A DNA stretch of 64,000 bases from Heterodontus francisci (lineage: Eukaryota). Numbering within the stretch: the stretch's first letter is position 1; each line of letters starts with the position of its first letter. Shown piece by piece: positions 49,481 to 62,465 of the stretch. The stretch is from NCBI RefSeq assembly GCF_036365525.1, contig NC_090378.1, forward strand, positions 112,892,351 to 112,956,350, given 5' to 3'. A program made the position numbers and the translations under genes. The notes under the pieces are model-generated. The model made no database searches, was not told the origin of the DNA, and saw only the letters and a list, made by a program, of their open reading frames with translations.

Positions 49481-52124
49481 TTGCTGGATTCTGCCCCCCT
49501 CCTCCATCCCCCTTCCCCCACCCCTTCCTGGGCCCGCACATTATTGCTAGAGATCAGCAGGAGCTGCCAAAGCATAAGAATCATTAATATAAAGGCACTC
49601 TTTAAAAGATTTGAGGTTATCCCCAGTGGAATTAATGTTATTTTTTGGAAGGGAGCTTGCAATTTATGAGCAGTTTGGGAGGATTGCCATCCTTGTGGTG
49701 AAAATGTAATGCTGTCCTTTGTTTTGCATTTGTTCTGACTTCAGTAGAACTTTGTGTCGTGTTTGATCCCTGGATGTTGCTAAGAGGGAACTTTCCTGTT
49801 GTTCAGCTCTCCTAAGTGCTTCACAAGGCTTCCTTATATTGCAGTAAGGAACCCGGCAACACTGTTGCTCATTCCTCTCGACCCACACACAGTTTTCTCA
49901 GACTGTTCACAAGTGGCCTGTTATCTGCATTAACATCCAATCATTCTAATACCAGCTCAGGCAATCCTCCAAATCCACTCCAGATGATACTAAGGCCACC
50001 AGCTGCCAGGTGTTTTCCCTCCAATTTCACCTCCGCAATTCCATTGGCCGCTGATCCCCATCAATTGGCTAGGCCGCAGGTGCTGGAACTCCTGCCACAG
50101 GGAGATGCGGCACTGCTGATTCCGGCCGTTTATCCATCCAGTCCCCTCATTTTTTTTTTTCCATCATAGTCCACCCCAACATGATCTCACCCATACATTA
50201 TCAGCAGGTCAGATTGTGAGGCCCACATCCAGATGCATGCATCCTGCTTCATCTAGTTCCACAGATATACACACTGAGGAATGGAGGGCTCGCCATACAC
50301 TCCACCTGGAATTGGCAACCTCCCCCTAGATACACTAGTTGAACATTACTGAGGGAAACCAAAACAATTTGGGTTGTAGTAGAGGCTGTCTTTTATATCT
50401 GAGAGCATTTCCTTGACAGGCACTCTGAGGCCTGTACGGAATGTGCCCTTCAGTTGATCCGCTCGGAGTTTGGCGTTCTGCCAACTGTTTGGAGGCTCTT
50501 TGGTCAGTATTTCAAGTTGCTCCACGTTCCTGAATGTCAGGCAGAATCGGTCTCTGGAGAGCCTCTCTAAAGAGGATCTGTGTTAAATTTTAACTCGGCG
50601 ATCTACAAAAGACAGTATTTCCTGCCCCCTCCCTGCACCATCCCTGCGCAAATAAGGGAGTTCAAAGAGATGCTTCATAATCAGATAGCGGCCCTCCAAT
50701 GAGAGCTTCAGGTTAAGCAAGGTCCAACAGTCAAGGGTTTTCAGGAGCTGATGAAATATGTTTACATCGAAATGTTCCCGCTCGTTGGCTCAGTACAGCA
50801 GCTGCAGCCGGTCACTCTGACTCACTACGGCTGTCCAACATTGCAACTCTTTCAACTTGTGTATTGTTGGTCAATAAAAGGGTAAGCATTCCTCGAACTG
50901 CAGTGTTGAGCACTGATTCTCCATCTCGAAACATCGCACTGCAGCATGAGGCAGGTTTGACATTGAAAACATGTCGCATTGTGGGCTCTACATTAAGACC
51001 CTTGCCACTGATCTTGCACCGTGGGACCTCTCCCTCATCTCCCCTCATGCCCTGAACTGTTCTGCCAGACCTCCCACCCCGTGCATTGCCCTGGCCACCT
51101 GGATATTGCGTGTCAGCTCAGCTTTCAGTGAGGGCTAAGTAGTGGAGCCTAGCCTGACCCTGCCCTCTCCCCATGAGCGTGCTTTCCGCTGGAGAGCAGC
51201 CAAGGCTGATATCCGCTCCTTAGCTCAACGGGAGCCAAGGCCACCAGCACCATCCCCACTACAGCCTTGGCTTAATTCAGCTAAAAGAACCACCACCACC
51301 AGCAATAATATGTCTCTTGCATTGTACAACATCCTAAAGGACTTCATTGGAGCATCATCAAGACCAAATTTAACACCGAGCCGCATGAGATAGTAGGGCA
51401 GGTGACCAAAAGCTTGTCCAAGGGTAGGGTTTAAGGAAAATCATACAGGAGGAGTGAGAGGCAGAGGTTTAGGGCAGGAATTCCGGAACTTGGGGCCTTG
51501 GCAACTGAAGGCGCGGCCGCAATGGAGTGAAGAAAATCTGGGATGCTCAAGAGGCCAGAATGACCTGGGATTGAACCTGACTCCTGTGGTCAGTAAGGCT
51601 AATTGCACTGTGAACTGTAGAGTTAATCGTGAGATGCAGCCCATTAGGAAAGAATGTCAGTTAAATCTCCTGCTTTGTGTGACCACAGTCCCCAAGAGGC
51701 AGCGGAAACCAGCCAGGGGAGGTGTTCCTTACCACAATCCATTGACCCCACTGGATAATGCACATATTGTAGTTAGCAGGTGAGGACAGGACCAGGCTGT
51801 ATTGTGACACCCTCTGCATCGAATAGCCCACTCATTGTCTGGGCCCATTTATGAAACCATCGACCACCTGTGCAAACTAGACATGTAACTCTTTGCAAAG
51901 AGTTGGACGGGGAGGTCAGGCAATTCTGGCTATTTGGAGCAGAGGAAGAGAGGGATGTAACCAAGTGACTTGGGGGAGTGGACATTTGCTCACCCCCAAT
52001 TCATGATTGAGGAGACCAGAATGTGGCCCAAGAACAGAATTGTGCCCCTGTGCCTTTGTCATTCAAAACTCTGCTGCCCATATCCGAACTCTTACCAAAT
52101 CCCGTTCATCCATCATCCCTGTGC

Positions 52125-52520
52125 TCGCCAGCCTACATTAGCTCCCAGTCCAGCATTTTAAAATTTGCATCCTTGTGTTCAAATCCCTTTGTGGCCTCGT
52201 TCCTCCCTATCTCTGTAATCTCCTCCAGTGCTACAACCCTCCAAGATTCTCCAGTTCTGATTTCTTTTGCATCCCTGATTTTAATCATTCCACAATTGGC
52301 AGCCATGCCTTCAGCTGCCACGGCCCAAAGCTCTGAAGTTCCCTCCCGAAATCTCTCTGCCTCTCTTAAAACCTACCTCTCTGACCAAGCTTTTAGTCAG
52401 ACTTCCTCCTAATACCTCTTTATATGGCTCAGTGTCAAATTTTGTTTCATAATGCTGCTCTGTGAATTACCTTGGGATGCTTTACTATGTTAAAGGCACT
52501 ATATAAATGCAAGTTGTCGT
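52125..52520 (+). mobile_element. L2-like LINE 3' end
   Basis: FKI...FK.L-type remnant, ggc.gccatgccttcagctgcc segment and tail cttgggatg...aaaggcactatataaatgcaagttg. Related pieces at ~17015-17370 (-), ~51295-51560 (-) and ~61640-61770 (-). Confidence 0.65.
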
Positions 52521-54231
52521 TAACTTGTTGTGAAGGACAAAAGGTCAACCAGAGGTCCGACTGCAGTGCTAGACTGCCTCTGTGTTATGATAATTCATTA
52601 ATAACCTGACACCTTAAAAGCAGACACCAATCATTATTTCAGTGTGCCTGCAGCCAAGTAACAGGCAGATCAACTCTAATTTGTTGGCATCATTGTGATT
52701 GGTGCAGAGTTTAATGGGAGGATTAGGAGTGAGCAGGTGCCTGACTTGTCTTGTAATCCAATCACTGCTCTCTTAATACCTGATAATATTTTTGGCCCTT
52801 GTATGTTTTGTTCCTGAGTTGAGCTGTTTGTTGGCTACAATGAAAGATACAGAAACAAATACGTCCTTTGTCATAGAACCTTAGCAACCAGCAAAGCGGT
52901 CGCATTAAACACCAGTGTTATGTTAGATGGGAAAGGTGTTTACAGGCGAAATAACATCCTGTCGTTTAGTGAGTTTACAGCAGCCAAGTGCGGTGCATTG
53001 GGGTAACTATTCAAGGTCTATATCTAATACACATGCCCCAACATACACAAACATACTCGGGCCCAGATCCGCATGTGTGTGCGCGTTTTGTGAACACACA
53101 CATTTGCGTGTGCTCGCACATTCACATGTACGCACGTACACACACCTAGTCCAGCTGGTATTACAAATATGTGGGTTTGCTCATTTCACTTTTACTTAAA
53201 TAGCAAATTGTGTAATTTGGCAAATCAGTCAAATGGGTTTGTATTCTGCGTGAAACACCAAAGAGATTTTGATGTTTAGGAAATGGTTAATTCTTTAAGT
53301 AGGTTTCTTTGCCATGGTATTCACATGAATATGTATGTAACTGTATATTAATTCACCTATTGTCAGCATGCAAAAATATATTTGAGTTACATCTGGAAAC
53401 GTGCATTATCTGGATCTCTGCAAACAAAGATGTACTTTACTTCTGAAGAAGCAGATATTCTCTGGCTTTGCACAACAAGCAGTCATGACCATGTTTAGTG
53501 TTCGGAGGAAGTGGAATGCAAGGGCAGTGGCTAGCTGGACCAGAGCATGAAAGCATAATTCAGTCCCTGTTTTAAAGTTATACATTCTGCCATTTAGTTC
53601 ATACTTTGATTTTTACATTATTGTCTGCATGTAATATCATCAAGTTACTTCACTTTTGGAAGCAGAGAAGTGGAGTTGGCTGGAGTGGTACAGGTTGAGG
53701 AGATGGGAGAGACCACACTACAGTGCCACCACTGATTGGAGGCTGTAGTTACAGCGTGACACGTTGACGTAGGCAGTTCCCATTTGAAATGTGGACACAC
53801 GTATTGAAAAGTTGAAATAAAAGCGTGACAAATGTGACAGCAGGCGGTACAGTCTTGTAGACAGGACGTGCATGCAGAAATGAGGTTTTTTTAAATATAT
53901 TATAGATGCCTGTTCACCGAGAGAGTAAATTCTTGTTGCTTTCAGTGAATTAGTTGCCGCCATTTCCTTAGCAACATGATTAGCCGAATTCAGCATGGAT
54001 TGACTATTCAAGGTTGTTTTTAAGATTGTGTTTAATTTATATTCTGCAGGTGGAGGAGGTCAGGTCATACTCAAAAAAACAAAAGTACTTCTATGAAAAA
54101 GCAGAAATATAAAACCTCTAAAGAAAGTAACTATGCTACCAGCTGATTTAAAATCTGTAATTGAGATACTATTAGGTGCCAATTGAATGATCTCTTCAGC
54201 AGGTCAGGAACAGTTTTTTTGTGGGTATAAG

Positions 54232-54660
54232 ATTTATATCTCTCCTCTCGACCTCAGGATGTACCCCTAGCAAAGTACTTTTTTGAAGTGTAGTCACTGT
54301 TTGTAATGTAGGAGTTACGGCAGCCAATTTGCACACGTCAAGATTTCAGCAAACGACCGTGATAAATAACTAGATCATCTGCTGTTGGCTGAGGGATAAA
54401 TATTGGCCAGGACACCAGGAAGAAATCTCCTGCACTTCTTTGAAATAGTGCCATGGCTTTTACATCCACTTGAGAGGGCAGACGGGGCCTCGGTTTAACG
54501 GCTCATCCGAAAGATGGCATCTCCGACAGTGCAGTACTGCCCTTAGTACTGCACTAGAGTGTCAGCATGGATTCTGTGATCAAATCCCTGGAGTGAGACT
54601 TGAACCCACAACCTTCTGACTCAAAGGCAAGAATGCTATCAACTGAGCTATGGTTAACAT
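54232..54660 (-). mobile_element. SacSINE1-like DeuSINE, near full length
   Basis: Reverse complement matches the other copies from head to tail. Confidence 0.82.
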
Positions 54661-55386
54661 TCCAGCCCTAGAGTAGCAGCCTACTTCCCCATGAGGGTAC
54701 AGGGAGCCACAAACCTCTGATATTTCATTCATGTTTTACAGTCTGGAGACTATTTGTAAGCACAGGGAGGATCGAGTGAAATGGAGTAGATAGCAGTGCA
54801 GCATCAGTAAACATCTTCCCAGGAAATGACGGGGGATTTTCTGTTTGACTTTGTGTTTGTATCTCACTCTTGCAGCACTGACATCCCTCACCATTGACCA
54901 ACAGAAATCTTATTTTTAAAAAAAAATTAACTTCTTTCCTCCATTCACAAGCAAATTGCTCCATTTTTTAATTTATGAATTGCAGTCCCTGTTCTCAGAC
55001 AGCTAATAACAGGCAGGCAGTATTAAAACCAACTCCAGGCTGGTCACTGCAGCCCCCTTTCCTTCCCTTGGGTCTGAGTAACGTGGTTGGATTATACTCG
55101 GGGCTGAGCTTCCCCATCTGTTTGTTGTGCTTCATGAATGACTGGAATTCTCGAATGGATGTTGGTGTTGTTCTGACCAAGCGGGAAGCCCACTGAAACA
55201 GAAATATCACATGATGAGATCAAGAATTTGGTGAACTCTCTGTCCCGTGGAACCGTCTGGATTATTAATTACCTTGTACGTAGAGTGCTTTTCATTTTTA
55301 AATATTTTTAAAGAAACAATTTTTGGGGGGGGTCATTTAGGGGTAATGCTGGGAACACCTGCCATGTATCGAGCTTGCAGTACCGG

Positions 55387-55592
55387 CATCGAACACTCCC
55401 AGAGCAGGTACAGCACAGGGTTAGATACAGAGTAAAGCTCCTTCTACATTGTTCCATCGAACACTCCCAGTGCAGGTACAGCACAGGTTAGATACAAAGT
55501 AAAGCTCCTTATACATTGTTCCATCGAACACTCCCAGTGGAGGTACAGCACAGGGTTAGATACAGAGTAAAGCTCCCTCTACACAGTCCTAT
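55387..55592. repeat. ~68-bp tandem repeat (3 units)
   Basis: CATCGAACACTCCCAG..GGTACAGCACAGG..TTAGATACA.AGTAAAGCTCC at 55387, 55455 and 55522. A degenerate single unit lies near 31075-31135. Confidence 0.92.
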
Positions 55593-55849
55593 TGGGTCAC
55601 CTAAGTGAAATTCCAATACACTGCCTAAAAGAGTGAAATATATGTAAAATAATGCCGTCAAGTTTTAGGGTTTCTGACTGTGCCAGCTGGGATCATCGAT
55701 TGAAAATTCTGCTGTTTGAGCTAAACCTGGCCATCGGTATAGGGGGAGCAGGGGGTAAATTCACAGGACAGCAGCGCTGGGAGATGTAGATTACGAATCA
55801 GATGGGATGTCCGAACTAACATATTGCTGATAATGAAAGACAGTCTGGT

Positions 55850-56310
55850 GATTTACAAGAATGTTGCCAGGGCTTGAAAGTTGCAGCTGTGAGGAAAGAT
55901 TTGTTGTTTTCCTTAGAACAGAGCAGGCTGAGGGGTGACTTAATTGAGGTGTACAAAATTCCGAGGGGCCTAGATAGAGTAGACGGGAAGGACCTGTTTC
56001 CCCCAGTGGAGAGGTCATTTACCAGGGGGCACAGATTTAAGGTAGAAGGATTAGAGGGAACATGAGGAAAGCCTTTTTCACCCAGAGGGTGGTGGGTGTC
56101 TGGAATTCACTGCCAGGGACGATGGTGGAGGCAGAAACCTTCAATTCTTTTAAAAGGTACCTGGACATGCACCTGAGGTGCTGTAACTGGCAAGGCTATG
56201 GACAAGGTGCTGGAAGGTGGAATTAGATTGGGCGGTTAGTTTTTTTGATCACTGACACGACGGGCTGAATGGCCTCCTTTTGTGCCAAAATTTTTCTATG
56301 GTTCTATGAT
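55850..56310 (+). mobile_element. CR1 3' fragment
   Basis: LFSLEQSRLRGDLIEVYK plus 3'UTR with ttctatggttctatg tail. Confidence 0.82.
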
Positions 56311-56489
56311 CGACCACTCTGCTGCTGCAACAACTCTGTTCATTCAAATTCAGCATTGGTGGAATCCACTGAAAGCTGGAGAGTTCAATCAAAGATTGAT
56401 GTGGGAGAAATGGGTTTCAATTCATGGGGCACTGGCACCAGTACTGGGGAAAGAGGGAGCTGTACCGTTGGGACAGCCTTAATCTGAAT

Positions 56490-59400
56490 CGCTCTGGGAC
56501 CAGTGTCCTGATGAATCATATAACTAGGACGGTCGAGAGGGCTTTAAACTAAATAGCTGGGGAGAGGGTTCACTTGAGGCAAGATTTGGAAAGTTAAAGA
56601 GAAAAGACAAGGCAACAGTACAGAGTACCGAAACGGGTACTGATAACCAGCGTGTGACAGGAAGGGACAGAGCGTATAAACATAAGAGTTTACCAGCAAA
56701 TAGGGTCAGAGTAGGGAAAAATGGTAAAAAGACAGAATTAAAGGTTCTTTATCTGAATTCGTGCAGAATTTGTAACAAGATGGATGAATTGATAGCACAA
56801 ATAGAAATAACTGAGTATGATATGACCATTACAGAGACATGGTTGCAAGGTGACCAAGGCTGGGAACTGAATATCCAAGAATATTTGACATTTGGAAAGT
56901 TAGAAAGAAAGGAAAGGGAGGTGGGGTAGCTCGGTTAATAAAACATGAGATCAGTACAGTAGTGAGAAATGATCTTGGCTTGGAAAATCAAGATGTAGAA
57001 TCACTTTGGATGGAGATGACATAAATAGCAAAGGAAAGAAGTTACTGGTGGGAGTAGTTTAATAAATAATGGGGGCTTGTAAGAAAGGTACTGCAATAGT
57101 CGTGGGCGAATTTAATCTTATCGATTTGGACAAATCAAATTGGCAAAAATAGCATTGAGGATGAGTTCATATTGCATTTGGGACAGTTTCTTAGAATAAT
57201 ATGTTCAGGAACTAACCAAGGAGCAGGCTATTTTAGACCTGTTAATGTGTAATGAGGCAAGACTAATTAAGGATCTCGTGGTAAGGGATCCTCTAGGCAA
57301 GACTGACCATAAACATGATAGAATTTCACATGCAGTTTGAAGGTGAGAAATTTGGGTTTCAAACCACTGTTTTAAACATAAATAAAGGCAATTCACAGAA
57401 TCACAGAATTGTTACAGCATAGGAGGAGGAGGCCATTCGGCCTATTTTGTCTGCACTTGCTCTCCAAAAGAGCAATTTATTTAGTGTCACTGCCCGCCTG
57501 CTCCCTATAGCTCTGCATGTTTTTCCTTTTCAGATAACAATCCAATTCCCTCTTGAATACCTCGATTGAATCTGCCTCCACCACGCTGTTAGATGGTGCA
57601 TTCCAGATCCTAACCACTCAATGTGTGAAAAAGTTTTTCCCCATGTCGCCATTGCTTCTTTTGCTAGTTACCTTTAAAACTGTGCCCTCTTGTTCTCGAT
57701 CCTTCTACTAATGGGAACAGTTTTTCCCTATCTACTCTGTCCAGACCCCTCATGATTTTGAATACCTCTATCAAATCTCCTCTTAACCTTCTCTTCTCCA
57801 AGGAAAACAGTCCCAACTTCTTCAGTCTGTCCATGTAACTGAAGTCCCTCATCCTGGAACCATTCTCGTGAATCGTTTTTGCACTCTGTCTAATGCCTTC
57901 ACATCTTTCCTAAAGTGTGGTTCCCAGAACTGGACACAGTACTCCAGTTGAGGCTGATCCAGTGTTCTATACAAGTTTAACAGAACTTCTTTGCTCTTTT
58001 ACTCTACGCTCCTATTAATGAATCCCAGGTGTTGTATGCTCTATTAACTGCTCTCTCAACCTGTCCTGCCACCTTCAATGGCTTATGCATATATACACCT
58101 AGGCCCCTCTGCTCCAGCACCCCCTTTAGAATTACACCTTTTATTTTATATTGTCGGTCCGCATTCTTCCTACCAAAATGAATCACTTCACACTTCTCTG
58201 CGTTAAATTTCATCTGCCACTTGTCTGCCCATTCCACCAGCCTGTCAATGTCCTTTTGAAATTCTACACTTTTTCCTCCACACAGTTCACAATGTTTCAA
58301 AGTTTTGAAAGTGTGCCCTGCGCACCAAGGTCTAGGTTATTAATATATATCAGAAAGAATCCAAACACTGACCCCGGAGAACTCCATTACAAACTTTCCT
58401 CTAGTCTGAAAAACGTCAATTAACCACTACTTTCTGTTTCCTGTCACTCAGCCAATTTTGTATCCATGTTGCTACTGTCTCTTTTATTCCATGAGCTATG
58501 ACTTTGCTCACAAGTCTGTTGTGCAGCACTTTATCAAATGCCTTTTGGAACTCCATGTACACCACGTCAACAGCATTACCCTGATCAACCTTCTCTGTTA
58601 CCTCATCAAAGTTAGTTGAATACGATTTACCCTTCACAAATCCATGCTGGCTTTCCCTAATTAACCAATATTTGTCCAAGTGACTGTTAATTTTGTTCCG
58701 AATTATTGTTTCTACCACCGAGGTTAAACTGACTGGCCTGTAGTTGCTGGGCTTTTCTTTACACCCATTTTTGAACAAGGGTGTAACATTTGCAATTCTC
58801 CAGTCCTCTGGCACCACCCCTGAATCTAAGGAAGTCTGGAAAAGTATGGCCAGTGCCTCTCCAATTTCCACTCTCTCTGCCCTCAGTATCCTTGGATGCA
58901 TCTCATCCAGTCCTGATGCTTTATCAACTTTGTGTGGCTAGCCTATCCGATATCATCTCCTTATCAACTTTAAACCCTTCAAGTGTCTGAATTACCTCCT
59001 CTTTGGCATGTGCAGCATTTTCTTCCTTGGTAAAGACAAATGCAGAAGTGTAACTGAACTAAAGAGGAGATAGTTTGGGTACAGTCAAGGTATGTTCCCT
59101 GCCTCCGTCTGTAAATCCCCTTTTTTGGTCCCCAATTGGCCCCATTATTCCTTTTACCACCTTTTTACTATTAATATGCCTATAGGAAGACTTTTGGATT
59201 CCCTTTTTATATTAGCTGTCAGTCGCTTTTCATACTCTCTTGCTTCTGTTATTTGCTTTTCCGCTTTTCCACTTTCCCTCTGAACCTTCTATATTCAGCC
59301 TGGTTCTCCATTGTATTATCCACCTGACATCTGTCATAAGCACACTTTTTCTTCTTCATCTCTATCTCTTTCGTCATCCAAGGATCTCTGGATTTGTTTG

Positions 59401-61630
59401 CCCTACCTTTCCTCTTCATGGGAACATACCTTGACTGTACCCGAACTATCTCCTCTTTAGTTCAGTTACACTTCTGCCTGCCAACCTTTGATTCCAATTT
59501 ACCTGGGTATTACAAAGGTATGAAGACATTGTTGGCTAAAGTGGAGTGGGAAATTAAGTTAAAAGGTAAGGTAGTAGAGAAGCAGTGGCAAACACCTAAG
59601 GAGATATTTCATAACTCTCAACAAAGATATATTCCATTGAGAAAGAAAGACTCTGAGAAGGATGAACCATCCCTGATTAACTAAGGAAGTTAAGGATGGT
59701 ATCAAATTGAAAAAGGCATATAATGTGGTGAAGGTTAGTGGTAGGCCAGAAGATTGGGAACATTTTAGAAACCAGCAAAGGATGACTAAAACAATGAGGG
59801 AGAAATAAGAATGAGAGTAAATTAGCAAGCAATATAAAAACAGACAGTAAAAGCTTCTCCGAGTATCTGGAAAGGAAGAGAGTAGCTAAAGTAAGTGTTG
59901 GTCCCTCAGAGGATAAGCCTGGGGAATTAGTAATGGGAAACAAAGAAATGGAAGAGACTTTGAACAAGTATTTTGTGTTTGTCTTCACAGTATAAAACAC
60001 AAAAAGCCTCTCAAGAATAGCAGAAAATCAAGAGAGAGCGAGGATCTTAAAACAATCAGTATCACTAGAGAAAAAATACTACGAAAACTAATGGGACTAA
60101 AGATTGACAAGTCCCCTCCACCTGATGGCCTGTATCCAAGGGTCTTAAAAGATATGACTGCAGAGCTAGTGGATGCATTGGTTATAATCTTCCAAAATTT
60201 CCTAGATTCTGGAAAGGTCCCAGCAGATTGGAAAACCACAGATGTAACATCTCTATTCAAGAAAGGAGGGAGATAGAAAGTAGGAAACTATAGGCCAATT
60301 AGTCTAACATCTATCATTGGGAAAATGGTGGAATCCATTATTAAGGAAGTAGTAGCAGAACATTTAGAAAATCATGAATGCAATAAAGGGAAATTGTGTT
60401 TGACAAATTTATTAGAGTTCTTTGAGGATGTTGCAAGCAGGGGTAGATGAATGGGAACCAGTAGATGGTAGTGTATTGGATTTCCAAACAGTATTTGGTA
60501 AGGTGCCACATAAAAGGTTACTACACAAGATAAGAGGTCATGGTGTTGGGGTGATATATTAGCATGGATAGAGAATTGACTAACAGTAAACAGAGAGTTG
60601 AGATAAATGGGGCATTTTCAGGTTGGCAAATTGTAACTGGGGGATGCCACAGGGATCAGTGCCGGGGCCTCAACTATTTGCGATCTATATTAATGACTTG
60701 GATGAAGGGACTGCGTGTATTGTAGCCAAATTTGCTACAATCGATAGGTAGGAAAGTAAGTTGTGAGGAAGACAAAGAGTCTGCAAAGGGTTATAGAAAG
60801 GTTAAGTGAGTGGGCAAAAATTTGGCAGATGGAGTATAATGTGGGAAAATGTGAGATTGTCCACTTTGGTAGAAGAATAGTAAAGCAGGATATTATTTAA
60901 ATGGAGAGACTGCAGAATGCTGCGATACAGAGAGACTTGAGTATTCTTGCTTATGCATCAGAAAAAGTTAGCATGCAGGTACAGCAAGTAATTAGGAAGG
61001 CAAATGGAATGTTGGCATTTATTGCGAGGGGCGTGGAGTATAAAACTAGGGAAGTTTTGCTACAACTATACAGGACATTGGTAAGACCACACCTGGAGTA
61101 CTGTGTATTGTTTTGGTCTTATTTAAGAAGGGATATACTTGCATTGGAAGCAGTTCAGAGAAGATCCACCTAGGTTGATTCCTGGGATGAAGGGGTTGTC
61201 TTATGTGCAAAGATTGAGCAGGTTGGGCCTATACTCATTGGAGTTAAAAGAATGAGATGTGATCTTAGGGAAACATATAAGATTCTGAAGGGCTTGACAG
61301 GGTAGATGCTGGGAGGGTGTTTCCTCTCATGGGGGAATCTAGAACTCGGGGGCACAGTTTCAAAATAAGGGGTCTCCCTTTTAAGATGGAGATGAGGAGG
61401 AATTTCTTTGAGGATTGTTAATCTTTGGAATTCTCTTCCCCAGTGAGCATTGGAGGCTGCGTCATTGAATATATTCAAGGCTGAGTTAGACTGATTTTTG
61501 ATCTACAAGGGAGTCAAGGGTTATGGGGGAAAGGCAGGAAAGTGGAGTTGAGGCCACAATCAGATCAGCCATGATCTTATTGAATGGCGGAGCAGGCTCG
61601 AGGGGCTAAATGACCTACTCCTCTTTCTTA
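56490..61630 (+). mobile_element. Long decayed CR1 (endonuclease + RT + 3'UTR) split by an antisense CR1
   Basis: LKVLYLN..ITETWL endonuclease start (ORF 56654), then KSPPPDGLYPRVLK and LEYCVLFWS, ending in a CR1 3' tail near 61630. Interrupted at 57394-59508. Confidence 0.85.
57394..59508 (-). mobile_element. CR1 3' 2.1 kb nested antisense in another CR1
   Basis: ORFs 58416..58901, 58004..58300 and 57664..57852 are CR1 RT/C-terminal pieces. The repeat tail lies at 57394-57410, and host sequence is collinear on both sides. Confidence 0.87.
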
Positions 61631-62251
61631 TGTAATGAAGTAACGATTAAAATCAGCGATGCTCAAAAAGTCAGAATTAGAGGGGTGCAGAGATCTCAGA
61701 GGGTTGTAGGGCTGGAGCAGGTTACAGAGATGGTGAAGGTGTGAGGCTGTGGAGGGAGAAATCTGAGAGGGGCACAACTGTGTAGTTTGCCGATTTGCAC
61801 TTGCACGATTGTGTGGCTGGTGCAAGGCCTCGGAAAACTCACTCCAATAATGGTTGCAAAGTAGAAACTGTTATTACGAGGTTTGGATTCATAGTAAAGC
61901 TGTTTTAATCATAGTTACAACAGTCTGCACAGTGAGAAACAAGAGGTGGCATCCTTTCGATGTGTATGCACATGAAATAATTCATCGCCATCCTGTCTTG
62001 ACACCTGTCATGGCACGTTAGTTGCTAGGATATAATGTCTGGGTCTCCCACTGATGAGTCTTTGTACTCTGTCGGTGCTTCTGTGTTACTGCAGTGCAGC
62101 TCACTGGAGGTCTAGTTTTTCCGGCCTACTGTCCAGGGTACAAACACCCCTTGCTTTTGGAACCAACACCATTTCTAGATCCCTGAACATGTGAGCATAA
62201 GAATGTACTGTGATTAGATTGTAGGGGGCGAAAATGAGATCTTCCATCCCT

Positions 62252-62465
62252 CTCCTGCTCTTTGAATAATGTCCTAGGATTTTTTTCAGCCAGCTGAGAG
62301 GGCAGATGGTGCCTTGGTTTAACGTCTCACCTGGAAGGCAGGGCTCCCTCAGTACTGTACTGCAATGTTGGCCTAGATTATGGGCTCAAGTCTGTGGAGT
62401 GGCACTTGAACCCACGATCCTCTGACTCTGAGGCAAGAGTGCTACCCAGTGAGCCATGGCTGATA
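62252..62465 (-). mobile_element. SacSINE1-like 5' half
   Basis: Head and Deu domain are present. The 3' half is missing and the break abuts the 44-bp inverted-repeat arm. Confidence 0.75.

Noticed and set aside
54040-54100. TTCTGCAG|G acceptor as RXR exon 2, and overlapping AGGTCAGGTCA as a response element
   Set aside because: The phase-1 reading stops within ~15 codons with no RXR similarity; the half-sites overlap and match no canonical spacing.
55387-55592. CRISPR-like periodicity in this and other tandem arrays
   Set aside because: Whole units repeat with no unique spacers, there are no cas genes, and the context is eukaryotic.
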